64,000 nucleotides of DNA from the NCBI RefSeq assembly GCF_040807025.1, contig NC_090942.1, forward strand, positions 204,246,640-204,310,639. The letters are read 5' to 3'. Source of the stretch: Struthio camelus (taxonomy: Eukaryota). The position numbers and the translations under genes were made by a program. Within the stretch, counting starts at the first letter, position 1; every line of letters starts with the position of its first letter. This document shows positions 63,516 to 64,000 of the stretch, piece after piece. Under the pieces are notes generated by a model. The model was given only the letters and a program-made list of their open reading frames with translations. It was not told the DNA's origin and did no database searches.

Positions 63516-63663
63516 GAAAAAACATAAGGTATCCAGAACAAAAGATGGAAAAATCCATGGAGAACAAAGACTGTCACACTGATCACGCATGTGTTGCAAG
63601 TGCAGATTTCTCAGAAAACGTGAATGGAGAAAAACACTTACGGGTGACCAATACAGAGGAACG
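63516..63663 (+). CDS. CENPJ: CENPJ coding exon (phase 1 in, phase 2 out): (G)KNIRYPEQKMEKSMENKDCHTDHACVASADFSENVNGEKHLRVTNTEER.
   Basis: Acceptor cctgtcatttcatag|g and donor acg|gtaatt. It is open in the phase carried over from the previous exon. The alternative donor gtgacc at 63644 is not excluded. Confidence 0.5.
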
Positions 63664-64000
63664 GTAATTAAGACAATTGTTATGCATAGTTTTTATCAAA
63701 TAGGTAACACTAGTTTGACTGATTTCTGGGTCCTGATTAAAGAGTCTAATATTCTCAATTTGTATAGCTTTCCCAACCAAAGATTTCACTTTGCTAGATA
63801 CTGTAGAGACCAGTGGTAAGAGAGACTCTGGCTTGAAATCACCTGTGCTGTGAAAGACATGGCATAAAGAGGTGTGTGCATGTGCAGCAAGAGGTAATGA
63901 TAGTTTAGAAGCACTTTTTAGTATAGGCTTAGTATATAAACAGTTACAATTACTGCTCTCAGCCTGATTAATTACAACCTCCTCCTCACTGTTAGGTGGC

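Noticed and set aside
1-64000. Prokaryotic-style systems (operons, CRISPR arrays, tRNA/rRNA genes, defence islands).
   Set aside because: Composition, CpG islands, spliced exons with GT-AG introns, CR1 LINEs and poly(A) signals show this is a vertebrate nuclear locus. I saw no direct-repeat/spacer arrays and no tRNA cloverleaf candidates.

Overview
This window is vertebrate (avian-type) nuclear DNA, not prokaryotic. It is AT-rich and intron-dominated, with two CpG islands and several CR1 (chicken repeat 1) LINE fragments. Three protein-coding genes can be read from the sequence by exon-level comparison with known vertebrate proteins. (1) MPHOSPH8 is on the minus strand; only its first coding exon lies in the window, at 3495..3740, inside the CpG island at about 3190-4230, and the remaining exons are either in a long intron 1 that carries a CR1 fragment at ~835-1390 or beyond the window start, with exon 2 not found in 1-3494. 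(2) A complete PARP4 (vault PARP) coding region is on the minus strand. I reconstructed 31 coding exons from the ATG at 52759 to the stop at 9377-9379; the concatenated CDS is phase-consistent at 4836 nt, about 1611 aa. It covers the BRCT, PARP catalytic, VIT and vWA domains and the long Pro/Ser-rich exon. (3) The 5' part of CENPJ (CPAP) is on the plus strand: the ATG exon at 60059..60448 and three further coding exons through 63663. CENPJ and PARP4 are head-to-head around the CpG island at about 57730-58700, which carries two SBS/ZNF143-like motifs in opposite orientations. PARP4 ends at a poly(A) signal at 9349-9354, about 5 kb upstream of the MPHOSPH8 promoter on the same strand. The order CENPJ><PARP4>MPHOSPH8 matches the rodent-like arrangement rather than the human one. 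Mobile elements are all CR1 family: a compound antisense CR1 with long RT ORFs at 18793-21480 in a PARP4 intron, 3' fragments at 43614-43757 and 46631-46985, and the fragment at 835-1390. There are no tRNA or rRNA genes, no CRISPR arrays and no operon-like systems. The most interesting points are the shared PARP4/CENPJ promoter, an HGS>HAS change in the PARP4 NAD-binding motif, a C-terminally shortened PARP4, several weak or non-canonical splice donors, and an unexplained GC-rich 650-bp island in PARP4 intron 8. All exon coordinates were derived by hand from revcomp, splice-site and codon-count checks; individual boundaries may be off by a few nt.
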